55,660 nt of DNA from a virus (IMGVR_UViG_3300031578_006468:1-55660); one strand, 5' to 3'; numbered from the stretch's first letter, positions 37,001 through 45,288 are shown. A program made the numbers and translations. The notes: a model not told the origin generated them from the sequence alone.

Positions 37001-37694
37001 TTTAATACAATTTAATAAAAGTGATGGTAACTATGGTATGACTGAGTTGAACACTCAGGTAATAGAGATAAGTGATAAATTATGTAATCTAGGTTTTAAA
37101 GTTACTTCAGATTATATAACTATGAGCGCTGGATCTTATACAACTATAGCATCATTAAAGAAAAGAGCTGGGGAAGAGTATGATCTAAATAGATCTATAG
37201 CATTACTTGCTTCTATGCAGGGAGAAACTAGAGTTGATACAACTAATCCTTCTTACTATGGAGAAGGAATATATAGACTTGATTTTGATGATGGAAATAC
37301 AGTAAGAATAACAAGAAATAGTTCTAGCACTGGCACGAATTCTTATGTATTTTTTTATGCATATCAATTGCCGGATTTTTATAAGTATTATATGGAAGGT
37401 TATGTTACTGAATTTGGAGAGCCAGCTTCTAGAGAGGTAAAAGCCTTTAGATCTTCTACGGGTATTGTGGTTGATAGTACTATATCTGTAAGTGGTACTG
37501 GATATTTTTTTCTGGAAACTCCTTATTATGAAGAACATGATGTTATTTGTTATGATAATGATGAAGGAAATAGTTTTAACCATTTAATTTATGGTAAAGT
37601 TCTTCCTGTTACCATATCAGGGTCTTTTGCTTTTAATCAAGGGTTAACTGCCTCTGGGATACCATATGCTGGGATTCCTTTGGGTAGACTATAA
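34089..37694 (+). CDS. Putative fibre protein with three ~350-aa internal repeats
   Basis: L(S/T)(K/L)GQ....CV.F.T, EF....(R/K)VQ and K(Y/S)DGNY each occur three times. Distinct C-terminal domain G.V...G.PA.R.V..F...TG.....T.S...G.F. Confidence 0.7.
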   Translation: MSVSSFVESVEYIEFNFNATDASVSTDLSKGQNYENCVPFFTSHSQGYYYDSKFMDVYFSGTTISGVLNCRRWNQRSNTATVKCYIVEFNSTEVRVQQGTFDVTSSTTDTVTLPTTISGGVGKAAMLHAWRSSSDLTYISPHAVRGRIVDTTSIDFYRNNTNGSCDGHWFLFEDLGENFKVTHNQSSFGADVEDYIYADNTVVDHLRMFYFISYASDSVSYLSRESFRAYLLGENVIRMDKYDGNYNIYYYFQVFEFLDTTKVYTPYETDTPHAINANETSYLRDLSSNQDNRVPFRWNHETSIPVYGVLQGTGKISTSTEAYKNGLFTSIELTTSSGVLFEQDSIPVLNSLSSYAIVDWAGIDIDLGTNDDPIPEGYGVGKSFVKSVENFRFTLEDYFGAKALSKGQDWRNCVIFATFKSGGATYQYPSFYTVCVWFVDPGIVCFKHWYTTAYHMYIDVSVVEFWPDQVKVQHKLQATRATTTNVTIDEVSNIEKCFLLSKVLSTDTYTYMYYTATRVSFLDESTVELYREGINGNYPHMVFFSVVEDLGNHFVTKHSLRNCVSSNGWLDETYNWPIYSTFHVFSFATNCPSPYPSRGHVRSYYNREFYPVYMDKSDGNYYLYCYVTLVKFVDNMNHIQMLSPALTGGNDTSLLYYSTDAVGHENALTAMLPAQSGTTRCDTTSADYLSQAFVTMRITDYETREIEVSKYGTAANTHVYPLLIDWIGYDYYTDNNIVPMTRTRSVINSIQREELSGTGTLWNIYLTLGQNVAQCVPFITRTEYSSSPDMSDLYFAIYRYESPDRFIMRYGGAANSSRDILLNIFEFSEDIKVQYGDGYFAGTSKNFTINEVNTERAFIVFYTHTLTSSVYNSPIKVCSYFSNSTTVTFTRFNSTDYIFISWYIIECTEEDDFWKVQHLYRNSVGAGTDIYSTMDYFADMDRSIVLASWNTNANDDDPARNLFRVYHRQDDLIQFNKSDGNYGMTELNTQVIEISDKLCNLGFKVTSDYITMSAGSYTTIASLKKRAGEEYDLNRSIALLASMQGETRVDTTNPSYYGEGIYRLDFDDGNTVRITRNSSSTGTNSYVFFYAYQLPDFYKYYMEGYVTEFGEPASREVKAFRSSTGIVVDSTISVSGTGYFFLETPYYEEHDVICYDNDEGNSFNHLIYGKVLPVTISGSFAFNQGLTASGIPYAGIPLGRL

Positions 37695-37709
37695 GGAGGA
37701 TTTTAATAA

Positions 37710-38711
37710 ATGTTAGCTATGTATATTAGTGCTAATCAATTTAAAGTAAATAATGACCTTACTGCTGATTTTACAGCGGGGCGAAGAATTAAAGCTGATT
37801 GTGGTAGTGATGGTGTAAAATACTCTACAATAGTTTCTTCATCATATTCCTCACAATATACTACTGTAACTATTGATGAAGAGGTCCTAACAGCTAACTT
37901 GATAGATATCCTCTATGGTATAATAAACGTAGGGCCAGAAGGATCTTTTCCAGAACATGTTCATGATGACACTGAGGGCCAGGGCGGTCAAATTAGTTTG
38001 TCAGATTTAACCAACAAAAGCTTTTTGAGTTTGACAGACAGAAGTTTTTTAAATTTAACCGATACCCCCTCTTCTTATGACGAGGGTAAATATCTAAGAT
38101 CTACTGTTGATGGCACTGAGTGGGTAACAGTCTCAGGAAGTTCAGCAGCCACTACGATCTTAGAACTTACTGACACACCTAGTTCTTATGATGAAGGAAA
38201 GTACCTCCGTTCAACAGCTAGTGGTATCGAGTTTGTAGATGTTAGTCAATATACTGAAGCAACTATAATAGCTGATAGTGATTTGTTTGTTCTTAGCTCG
38301 GCTGGTACTGATAAAAAACTTACGGGTGCTACATTTAAAGCCATATCTGGAACTTATAGGGAGGTTTTAGTATCCACAAGTGGTATTAATTTAACAGCTG
38401 ATCAGTGTCGTAGTTCTATTTTAAATAATGATGGTCAGCAAACAGAAAACATAGCCTACCTTCCAGATTGTGAAGAAGGTTTGAGCTCTACAGTAGAGAT
38501 AACTTCTGTTTCTGGTTCTTTTCATTTGAAACCAAAATCTAGTGATAAAATATTTTTAGATGGTGAGGAGCTAGATAATGGAGATAAGGTTAGTATAACA
38601 AGTCCAGTAAGTGGTAATTCATTTTCGTTTTATGCTGTTAAAAAGGGCAGCGTCTATTCTTGGAAAGTTGTTTCAGGTCCAAATACTACAGTAATTGATG
38701 GGGGTACATAA
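37710..38711 (+). CDS. Tail fibre-like protein
   Basis: AAGGAGG RBS. N-terminal F.V..D.T..F..GRRIK motif recalled from phage fibres and tailspikes. Repeated (F/L)..LTD units, including two identical LTDTPSSYDEGKYLRST. Confidence 0.65.
   Translation: MLAMYISANQFKVNNDLTADFTAGRRIKADCGSDGVKYSTIVSSSYSSQYTTVTIDEEVLTANLIDILYGIINVGPEGSFPEHVHDDTEGQGGQISLSDLTNKSFLSLTDRSFLNLTDTPSSYDEGKYLRSTVDGTEWVTVSGSSAATTILELTDTPSSYDEGKYLRSTASGIEFVDVSQYTEATIIADSDLFVLSSAGTDKKLTGATFKAISGTYREVLVSTSGINLTADQCRSSILNNDGQQTENIAYLPDCEEGLSSTVEITSVSGSFHLKPKSSDKIFLDGEELDNGDKVSITSPVSGNSFSFYAVKKGSVYSWKVVSGPNTTVIDGGT
38055..38216 (+). repeat. Two copies of a 17-codon peptide repeat (38055-38105, 38166-38216)
   Basis: Both encode LTDTPSSYDEGKYLRST, but only 2 of 17 codons are identical. 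Confidence 0.95.
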
Positions 38712-38722
38712 AAGAATAGAAA

Positions 38723-39502
38723 ATGACAAATCAGTGGTATGATATAGAAAGCTGGCAGTGGACAGGTGATGACTCCAGGCAGTGGGGGTTTAGTACAACT
38801 GTTTCAGGTGCTGTAGGCTATGCTGGACTATATCAAATATTTACTGATGATGCTTATGTTTATGTGGCTACAACAAGCGGCCTTGAAATAATATCGACTT
38901 ATACAGAACAAAGGGAGTCTTTAGTTACATTTCCTTATGGGTTTACAACTGTATGGGCGGACGATGAGCGCGTTTTCTTGGGCACAGGCGGCTATGGTAT
39001 AAAAACAATAAATAAGTCTGATATAGGTCAAAGAGAGCTCTTCTGGACCCTATTAGACTATGTATTAGATCCTTTTATATCAAGTAACAATATACGTTAT
39101 CTTCATGGTAATCAAACAAAGCTTATTTGTTGTACGGATATAGGTATAGATATAATAAGAAGGGATACACATTACGTAACACATACAGAAATTTCGGGGG
39201 CCCAGAAATGTTTTGTGACTCCAACAAATGATTATTATTATTACACAGTATCTGGAACAGAATATTGGAGCATAAATAGATTAAATGGTAATACTAGCGA
39301 CTGGTCGTTACCAGATACTTATTATACAACTGGCTCTGGATTTTTAGGAGATGTGACTTGTTTAGTAGATTTTTATGTAACTGAACATACAGCAACTAGT
39401 GGAATAAATAACACATTGTTTTTAGCTACAGACAATGGTGTATACGTTTATGATGAGGGCGCAAATTTATACAATATATATACAACAAGTTCAGGAGTTT
39501 AA
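38723..39502 (+). CDS. Beta-propeller-like protein
   Basis: Repeated blade-like units: YVYVATTSGLEII, RVFLGTGGYGIK, LICCTDIGIDII, LFLATDNGVYVY. Confidence 0.6.
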   Translation: MTNQWYDIESWQWTGDDSRQWGFSTTVSGAVGYAGLYQIFTDDAYVYVATTSGLEIISTYTEQRESLVTFPYGFTTVWADDERVFLGTGGYGIKTINKSDIGQRELFWTLLDYVLDPFISSNNIRYLHGNQTKLICCTDIGIDIIRRDTHYVTHTEISGAQKCFVTPTNDYYYYTVSGTEYWSINRLNGNTSDWSLPDTYYTTGSGFLGDVTCLVDFYVTEHTATSGINNTLFLATDNGVYVYDEGANLYNIYTTSSGV

Positions 39503-39505
39503 AAT

Positions 39506-39748
39506 ATGGCTGAACCTTATGTAATATTAGCTGGTACCAGCAAGAATTTTACATCTGTTTGGGCAGACCCTACAGCTAGTATAAATTCTGGTAATCTATA
39601 TGTAGCCACTAACGGTGCTGGAGCTTCTTTTTCTGTAGTAGATTTATCTAGAACAGTGTTGACAGATAGTTATCTTATAGATAAGAAGGGTGGTTTTGAC
39701 GAAGTTTTAGAAAGAACGGATATCATTGATATAAATATAGGAGTTTAA
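39506..39748 (+). CDS. Small propeller-blade-like protein
   Basis: AGGAG RBS lies inside the previous gene. YVILAG....SVWAD...GNLYVAT resembles the C-terminus of the 711-aa protein. Confidence 0.6.
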   Translation: MAEPYVILAGTSKNFTSVWADPTASINSGNLYVATNGAGASFSVVDLSRTVLTDSYLIDKKGGFDEVLERTDIIDINIGV

Positions 39749-41998
39749 ATGAGCATAAACTATGTAGCACCAGTAAGCACTAATCTACCTTTCAATTTTA
39801 CTGGAAGTGGCTACACTGTTGATAGTAGAGAGTTGTTGTTCAGGTTTAAATATCCTAGTGGTTCTGGAAACCTACAGGCTGCCATAAATGTAATGCACCC
39901 ATACTGGTATGAAACTTATACCTATCCAAAGACCTGTCCCAAATATGTGGTTGGTTATAGGTCTGGTCGAGTTCAGATATTACAGGGTAGATGTACTTAT
40001 GGTGGCATAAGAGATATTAGAGGTATAATAAAAGGTTGGCAGATTAGCAACCTTTTAGCTAGTTTAGCAGCCCATGATCCTATTGATATTAGTGCTTATG
40101 TACATGCTTTTCAGACATCATACAGTACGTTGTTATCTATGTATTTACATACGTTTCAGACATCATCTTCTGATATAGCGGCCTATACTTATGGTTGGCA
40201 AACTTTAGACTTACCTACAACTATATCAACCCATTTACCAGGTAATATAAAATTTATTTTACGGCCTTGGTATTTAGAAGTGCCCCGTAATTTACAAGCA
40301 CTATCTTATGGTTGGCAAACCACTGATATTAGATTTAGTTTTTCAGGAACACACGATCCTGTAGATATATCTGCACATTTAACTGCAAGGCAACATGGAA
40401 TAGGCCTATTACCTGCTTCCACACATGCGTGGCATGAGAAATTTTTATCAGCAGCAGTGCATGCTAAAACTGCTTATGCAATATCAGCTTCCATTTATCC
40501 TATTCTAGCTGGTGAGTTGTTAGCCTTTATAAAATCTTATCCTCAAGAGTTCTTAAGTGCTTCTACACGTGGTTGGGGCGGAAAAGATTTAGGTGCTTAC
40601 TTAAATCAAATACTTTCTTATGACTTAGGTGCTACTATAAACGGTAGTACAGATATGTTTAGAAATTTAATTTCTAGAATAGTAGGTGTAGGATTTGAAA
40701 ACAGAGATTTATCTGGAAGTATATTACCATTTTATTGGGATCTATTATCCGCTAGCATTAGGGCAAAATATTTGGGGTATTTGGGTGCTAGTTTAGTATC
40801 TGTAAGACCAAAATATTTACCAGCCTTATTACATGCTTATACTACTCTTGATTTACAGGGTATAATATTAGGACAGGCCTACCCATATAATTTGGTAGGT
40901 ATTATAAACTCAGTTGGTTCTTGGTATACTCTTAGTGCTTCTATAATGTCTAAGCAGGATACTAGGATATATAGAATGTTGCCAGCTGTGATACATCCTT
41001 GGGAAGTTAGATACTTGTCAGCTTATCTACAAGCTGATAGATCATATGTTTTAGGTGCCTCTATAAGCTCACTAGGTTATGTAAGTAACCTTCGTGCTGC
41101 AATTAGTCCTAGAATGATAAGGCTTACTACTGTTGTGAATATTTCTACTCTGGCAAATAAAAATTTATCTGCAACCATAAATTACCCTTGTTTTAAAACA
41201 GGGTATTCATACTTAAACGCTCTTCTTTATGGTAGATATAAAGGTGATTTATATGCGTTTATAAGACCATTAATGTATGACTATAAACCAGCTACGCTTT
41301 CAGCCAGTATTGGTTGGGCGGATTCATATACTGTTATTGACAAATTTAAAATAAGTGTTATTGTAAAGAATAGTTCATACTTTGTTGAGGATAAGTACAG
41401 ATTGTTTATAAAAACTTTTGACGGCGGAAATCTTTTAAATGCATACGTACGTGGAACTTTAAGGTATACTGGTCTAAATGCTAATGTTGTAGGTGAAGAA
41501 CTAGCTTCATATACGTTTGATTCATATATAAAAAATAGAGAAACAGCTATTTATAGAACCTATGATGGGGTTTTTAAATCTTTTGAGACCATAGAAATGT
41601 CATTTAAATCCATAGTTAAAGATTACTATTACAGCCCAGCCGGAGACTACGCTTGGAGCAAGGATGTAATTGATAAATGGGTTCTGGATGTTAGAACATA
41701 TTTACCAGCAAATACAAAACTTAAACTTAAAAGAAGGCTACATAAAGCGACTAATTTGTATGATTTAAGAAAATTTACTAGTGTTGATGAGGCCATGCGC
41801 TTTGCTATAGCCTATGTTACTGAATATCCTCAAAACGATTTAATGGCTTATGTAAACAGTATAAATAATCTTAGTTTTTTAGGTGGAATTATAACCCCCA
41901 TGTACCAAGTAGATTCTAATGATTCGCTGGGCGCTTCAATAACACCATCAGGATTTACAGTAATTTTAGGATTAAATTCTTCTGTATCTAAACTTTAA
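39749..41998 (+). CDS. Repeat-rich putative fibre/spike protein (about 12-15-aa L-x-A-x-hydrophobic repeat)
   Basis: More than 20 units such as DISAYVH, DIAAYTY, DISAHLT, FLSAAVH, DLGAYLN, DLGATIN, LLSASIR, TLSASIM, YLSAYLQ and NLSATIN. Confidence 0.6.
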   Translation: MSINYVAPVSTNLPFNFTGSGYTVDSRELLFRFKYPSGSGNLQAAINVMHPYWYETYTYPKTCPKYVVGYRSGRVQILQGRCTYGGIRDIRGIIKGWQISNLLASLAAHDPIDISAYVHAFQTSYSTLLSMYLHTFQTSSSDIAAYTYGWQTLDLPTTISTHLPGNIKFILRPWYLEVPRNLQALSYGWQTTDIRFSFSGTHDPVDISAHLTARQHGIGLLPASTHAWHEKFLSAAVHAKTAYAISASIYPILAGELLAFIKSYPQEFLSASTRGWGGKDLGAYLNQILSYDLGATINGSTDMFRNLISRIVGVGFENRDLSGSILPFYWDLLSASIRAKYLGYLGASLVSVRPKYLPALLHAYTTLDLQGIILGQAYPYNLVGIINSVGSWYTLSASIMSKQDTRIYRMLPAVIHPWEVRYLSAYLQADRSYVLGASISSLGYVSNLRAAISPRMIRLTTVVNISTLANKNLSATINYPCFKTGYSYLNALLYGRYKGDLYAFIRPLMYDYKPATLSASIGWADSYTVIDKFKISVIVKNSSYFVEDKYRLFIKTFDGGNLLNAYVRGTLRYTGLNANVVGEELASYTFDSYIKNRETAIYRTYDGVFKSFETIEMSFKSIVKDYYYSPAGDYAWSKDVIDKWVLDVRTYLPANTKLKLKRRLHKATNLYDLRKFTSVDEAMRFAIAYVTEYPQNDLMAYVNSINNLSFLGGIITPMYQVDSNDSLGASITPSGFTVILGLNSSVSKL

Positions 41999-42007
41999 AA
42001 AAAATAC

Positions 42008-42035
42008 TTGACAAATAAAATTTATGTATTATAAT
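42008..42035 (+). promoter_or_regulatory. Consensus sigma70-type promoter
   Basis: TTGACA (42008-42013), 16-nt spacer, TATAAT (42030-42035), with an A-tract upstream. Lies in the gap between the structural and replication blocks. Confidence 0.8.
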
Positions 42036-42135
42036 TAGGACAAGGAAATATTATATATATCCATGAACAAACTATGACATTTGTACTATTATATATAGTA
42101 TAATATTATTTTAATTAAATGGGAAAAGGTGTAAT

Positions 42136-43272
42136 ATGAATTTTAGTATAGACGCTGCAGCTCTTCAAAAGGCTGTCAAGGCTCTTAGTTCCATTGTTAG
42201 CTTCAATGCTGATGATTTTACTGGAGCATTTTTACTAGAAGCTTTTGACAACCAAGTAGTTTTTACAGCAAATAATGGTTCAAATGCCTTAGTTTTTAAA
42301 ACCTCTCTGGCCGAGATTGCAGAAGAGGGAACAACTGTTATACCCTATTCAAGAGTATCTTCGTTCGTGTCATCTTACAAACTCTGGGATGGTAAACTAG
42401 GGGTAAAGTTATTTAATATTTCTTCAGATAAACGTAATATTAAAATAACTACAGAAAGTTTTTATACTCCAAACAAGTCCTCCAAAGGTGACTCTAAATT
42501 ATCAACTTTAGACTCCGCTATAATACCCAAACCGTATAACCCTACCAGTGAAACTTTTCGAATAACTTCTAATATATTTAAAGAGGCTGTTAATAAAGTT
42601 TTTTCTATTATAGATCCCAAAGTTGATCAAGGATTTCCTGCTCTAAGAGGTATGTGTATTAAATTTAATAATGATAGTATAATTTTTGTAGGCTCTGATG
42701 GTGTGGCTTTATCTGAATATAGAACAGATAACAAAAGTGAGCACAAGGCCGGAGTATATATATTAAGCCATAGTTTTGTTAGTGGACTTAAGCCACTGTT
42801 ATATAATGATGTGTCTTTGTGTTGGGAAATTAAGGAGAACAAAGTTAGTGTTACTTTTGGTGATATAGTATATACCGGCCGTCTTTTGATAGGCCATGAT
42901 TTCCCATTATATGAGAACCAGATAAACGATTTTTGTAGTCACATAAATTTAAGTAAAGAATTTTTTGTTAGTTCTTTAGCATCATTTAAATCGTCCCTAT
43001 CGCCTGAAGATAATTCTAGAATTATTTTGGAATTAAAAGACAAACTGTTTAGTATATACAATGATTATGTAAGAGTAGATACTGAGCTAGATATTGCTGG
43101 TGGTTTATCCATTAAATCTGATGTTGATGGGGTTCGTTTAGCAAACATTGTAGGGTCTATAAGGGATGATTATATTATTCTGAAATTTCATGAGAAAAGT
43201 GAACATATTATTTTAGATTCAAGTACATTTAATAATCAAAAATCAATTATAAGAACATTGTCGAGTCGCTAA
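42136..43272 (+). CDS. dnaN: DNA polymerase III beta sliding clamp-like protein
   Basis: 378 aa. MNFSID...L..A, PALRGM.I......FVGSDG..L and GRLL...FP.YE correspond to recalled DnaN motifs, though divergent. Confidence 0.8.
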   Translation: MNFSIDAAALQKAVKALSSIVSFNADDFTGAFLLEAFDNQVVFTANNGSNALVFKTSLAEIAEEGTTVIPYSRVSSFVSSYKLWDGKLGVKLFNISSDKRNIKITTESFYTPNKSSKGDSKLSTLDSAIIPKPYNPTSETFRITSNIFKEAVNKVFSIIDPKVDQGFPALRGMCIKFNNDSIIFVGSDGVALSEYRTDNKSEHKAGVYILSHSFVSGLKPLLYNDVSLCWEIKENKVSVTFGDIVYTGRLLIGHDFPLYENQINDFCSHINLSKEFFVSSLASFKSSLSPEDNSRIILELKDKLFSIYNDYVRVDTELDIAGGLSIKSDVDGVRLANIVGSIRDDYIILKFHEKSEHIILDSSTFNNQKSIIRTLSSR

Positions 43273-43273
43273 A

Positions 43274-43867
43274 ATGAAAGAGGATAAATTTTTGTTAGCA
43301 TTGGGGGTTGCAATAAAGGACTGTACTCAGAAAAGTCTATTTGATTCTCCTAATATTGATCTTAAGTTAGAAGAAGCCTGTGTTAATTATTTAAGGTTTA
43401 GGGGATACAAGGTTACTAAACCTAAAACTTACAATACGAAGATAAAAAATCTAGATCATTTAATAGAATATTTTTATGCTAATCTAGACTCTAAGTATCC
43501 AGAATATCACAGTGCATCTTTTAATATATCACGTGATAGAGCCACCGCTAAACAATTTTTAGAGGCAAGAATGGTGTCAACTGGGGCCAGTAAGGAACAT
43601 TCTTTAAACGAGTGCGCAGAAATAATAAAAACTATTTTTGACCATGAAGAGGAGTTTAAATTTAAATATCAGATTTCTTTTTCTATATTAGGACAGTCTA
43701 ATTTAAAGTGGGTAACTGATAAAGCTATATCAATAATGAATAGAAAAATAGTTTCAAAAATGGAAGACGAGTTGGAAGAATTACAAAATAGAATAATAAA
43801 TGCACAAGGTACTGAAGACCTTGGATTTAAAGATTTAGATAGTTTGTTAGAGAAAATGGAGGATTAA
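43274..43867 (+). CDS. Hypothetical protein
   Basis: 197-aa helical-looking ORF tightly packed between the clamp and RecA. No recognised motif. Confidence 0.6.
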   Translation: MKEDKFLLALGVAIKDCTQKSLFDSPNIDLKLEEACVNYLRFRGYKVTKPKTYNTKIKNLDHLIEYFYANLDSKYPEYHSASFNISRDRATAKQFLEARMVSTGASKEHSLNECAEIIKTIFDHEEEFKFKYQISFSILGQSNLKWVTDKAISIMNRKIVSKMEDELEELQNRIINAQGTEDLGFKDLDSLLEKMED

Positions 43868-44956
43868 ATGACAAAGAAAAAAATAGTTATAAGTACAGGG
43901 GCAGATGATGAGTCAACTATAGAAAAAAAACTAGATTTGGCTCATAAAGCTATTATTAAAAAATATGGAGAGGTTGTTTTTTCTTTATCCGATCATGAAG
44001 ATATGGCAATACCAACCATAAGTACTGGAAGTCTAAGTATAGACAACGCTCTAGGTAATGGTGGTATGGGTTTTGGTAGGATATATGAAATTTTTGGCCC
44101 GCCAGGAAGTGGTAAGAGTACTTTAGCGGTAAATGTAGTTATTCAAGCTCAAAGACGTAAGTTGAGGGCTCTATATGTAGATGCTGAACATGCAGTAGAC
44201 CCAGATTTATTTAGAGCTTATGGTGTAGATACTGAGAAGCTTAAAATTGTTCAAGGGTTTGATGGGGAAGGGAACTTAGATATACTGGAGCATTATATAA
44301 AAACTGGGGCTTATAGTGTTGCAGTAGTCGACAGTGTTTCTGCACTAATACCACGTGATGAGGCAGAGGATGATATAGATAAAGATCATATGGCTTTACA
44401 AGCTAGACTTATGAGTAAGGCCCTTAGAAAAATAACTCCAATAGCAAACCAGACTAACACTCTTCTAATCTTTATAAATCAACTACGCTTAAAGATTGGT
44501 TCCTATGGTAATCCTGAAACTACTACTGGCGGAGAAGCCCTACCCTTCTATGCAACTGGTAGAATAGCTATAAGAGGCCCAGAAGCTAAGAGTAGAAGGA
44601 TCATTGATGCTTCCTCTGGAGAGGTTGTTGGTCATAAAACCGAGGTGGAGATAGTTAAAAATAAACTTGCTGCTCCATTTAAAAAAGCTAATATTAACTT
44701 AATCTATGGTAAGGGATATGATTACCATTGGGAAACTCTTGACTTGGCTACAAGTTTAGGTGTTGTAGATAAGGCCGGTTCTTGGTATAGATATCAAGAT
44801 GAAAATTTTGCTAACGGCGAATTAACTGCAGTATCTTTCTTTAAAGATATAAAAAATCATGATATGTATAAAAAAATTCGTGAAGAAACTTTGGAAAGAA
44901 CTGGATTAAAGGAGATATATGAGTTACATAGCAACCCAAGCCCAAAGCATCCTTGA
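43868..44956 (+). CDS. recA: RecA recombinase
   Basis: ISTGSL.ID.ALG.GG, GRIYEIFGPPGSGKST, DAEHA.DP, VVDSVSAL, LQARLMSKALRK, IFINQLR.KIG..GNPETTTGG.AL.FYA and VKNK.A.PFK. Confidence 0.97.
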   Translation: MTKKKIVISTGADDESTIEKKLDLAHKAIIKKYGEVVFSLSDHEDMAIPTISTGSLSIDNALGNGGMGFGRIYEIFGPPGSGKSTLAVNVVIQAQRRKLRALYVDAEHAVDPDLFRAYGVDTEKLKIVQGFDGEGNLDILEHYIKTGAYSVAVVDSVSALIPRDEAEDDIDKDHMALQARLMSKALRKITPIANQTNTLLIFINQLRLKIGSYGNPETTTGGEALPFYATGRIAIRGPEAKSRRIIDASSGEVVGHKTEVEIVKNKLAAPFKKANINLIYGKGYDYHWETLDLATSLGVVDKAGSWYRYQDENFANGELTAVSFFKDIKNHDMYKKIREETLERTGLKEIYELHSNPSPKHP

Positions 44957-45287
44957 TAAACTATTTCCAGCAAATCCTCATAGGAGAGTTTTTGCTGAAC
45001 ATTTTGTTAATTATAAAGGCACAAGGTTATTTTTTGATTTTTATGTAAAAGAGCAGTTGATGTTTTTTGAATGTCAGGGAGCCCAACATAATAAGTTTGT
45101 TAAACACTTCCATGGTACCGCGGATAATTTTAAGGCTCAGAAATATAGGGATAATCTAAAGATAGAATATGTTCAAGAAAATAATTTGTACTTAGTTAGA
45201 TTGTTTGAGAATGAGGAGTTAACAGTAGATTTAATTTCTAAAAAAATGCATAAAGCATTTGATAGTAAGTACAATTATAGTGACTAA
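44919..45287 (+). CDS. Vsr/DUF559-like endonuclease
   Basis: LFFDFYV.....ECQGAQH.....FHG......QK.RD..K...Q.....LVR pattern. Overlaps the end of recA and has an AAGGAG RBS. Confidence 0.7.
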   Translation: MSYIATQAQSILDKLFPANPHRRVFAEHFVNYKGTRLFFDFYVKEQLMFFECQGAQHNKFVKHFHGTADNFKAQKYRDNLKIEYVQENNLYLVRLFENEELTVDLISKKMHKAFDSKYNYSD

Positions 45288-45288
45288 A

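Noticed and set aside
20019-41998. Diversity-generating retroelement or invertible fibre cassette
   Set aside because: No reverse transcriptase, site-specific recombinase, or long near-identical repeat pair was seen by eye. An element outside the window cannot be excluded.
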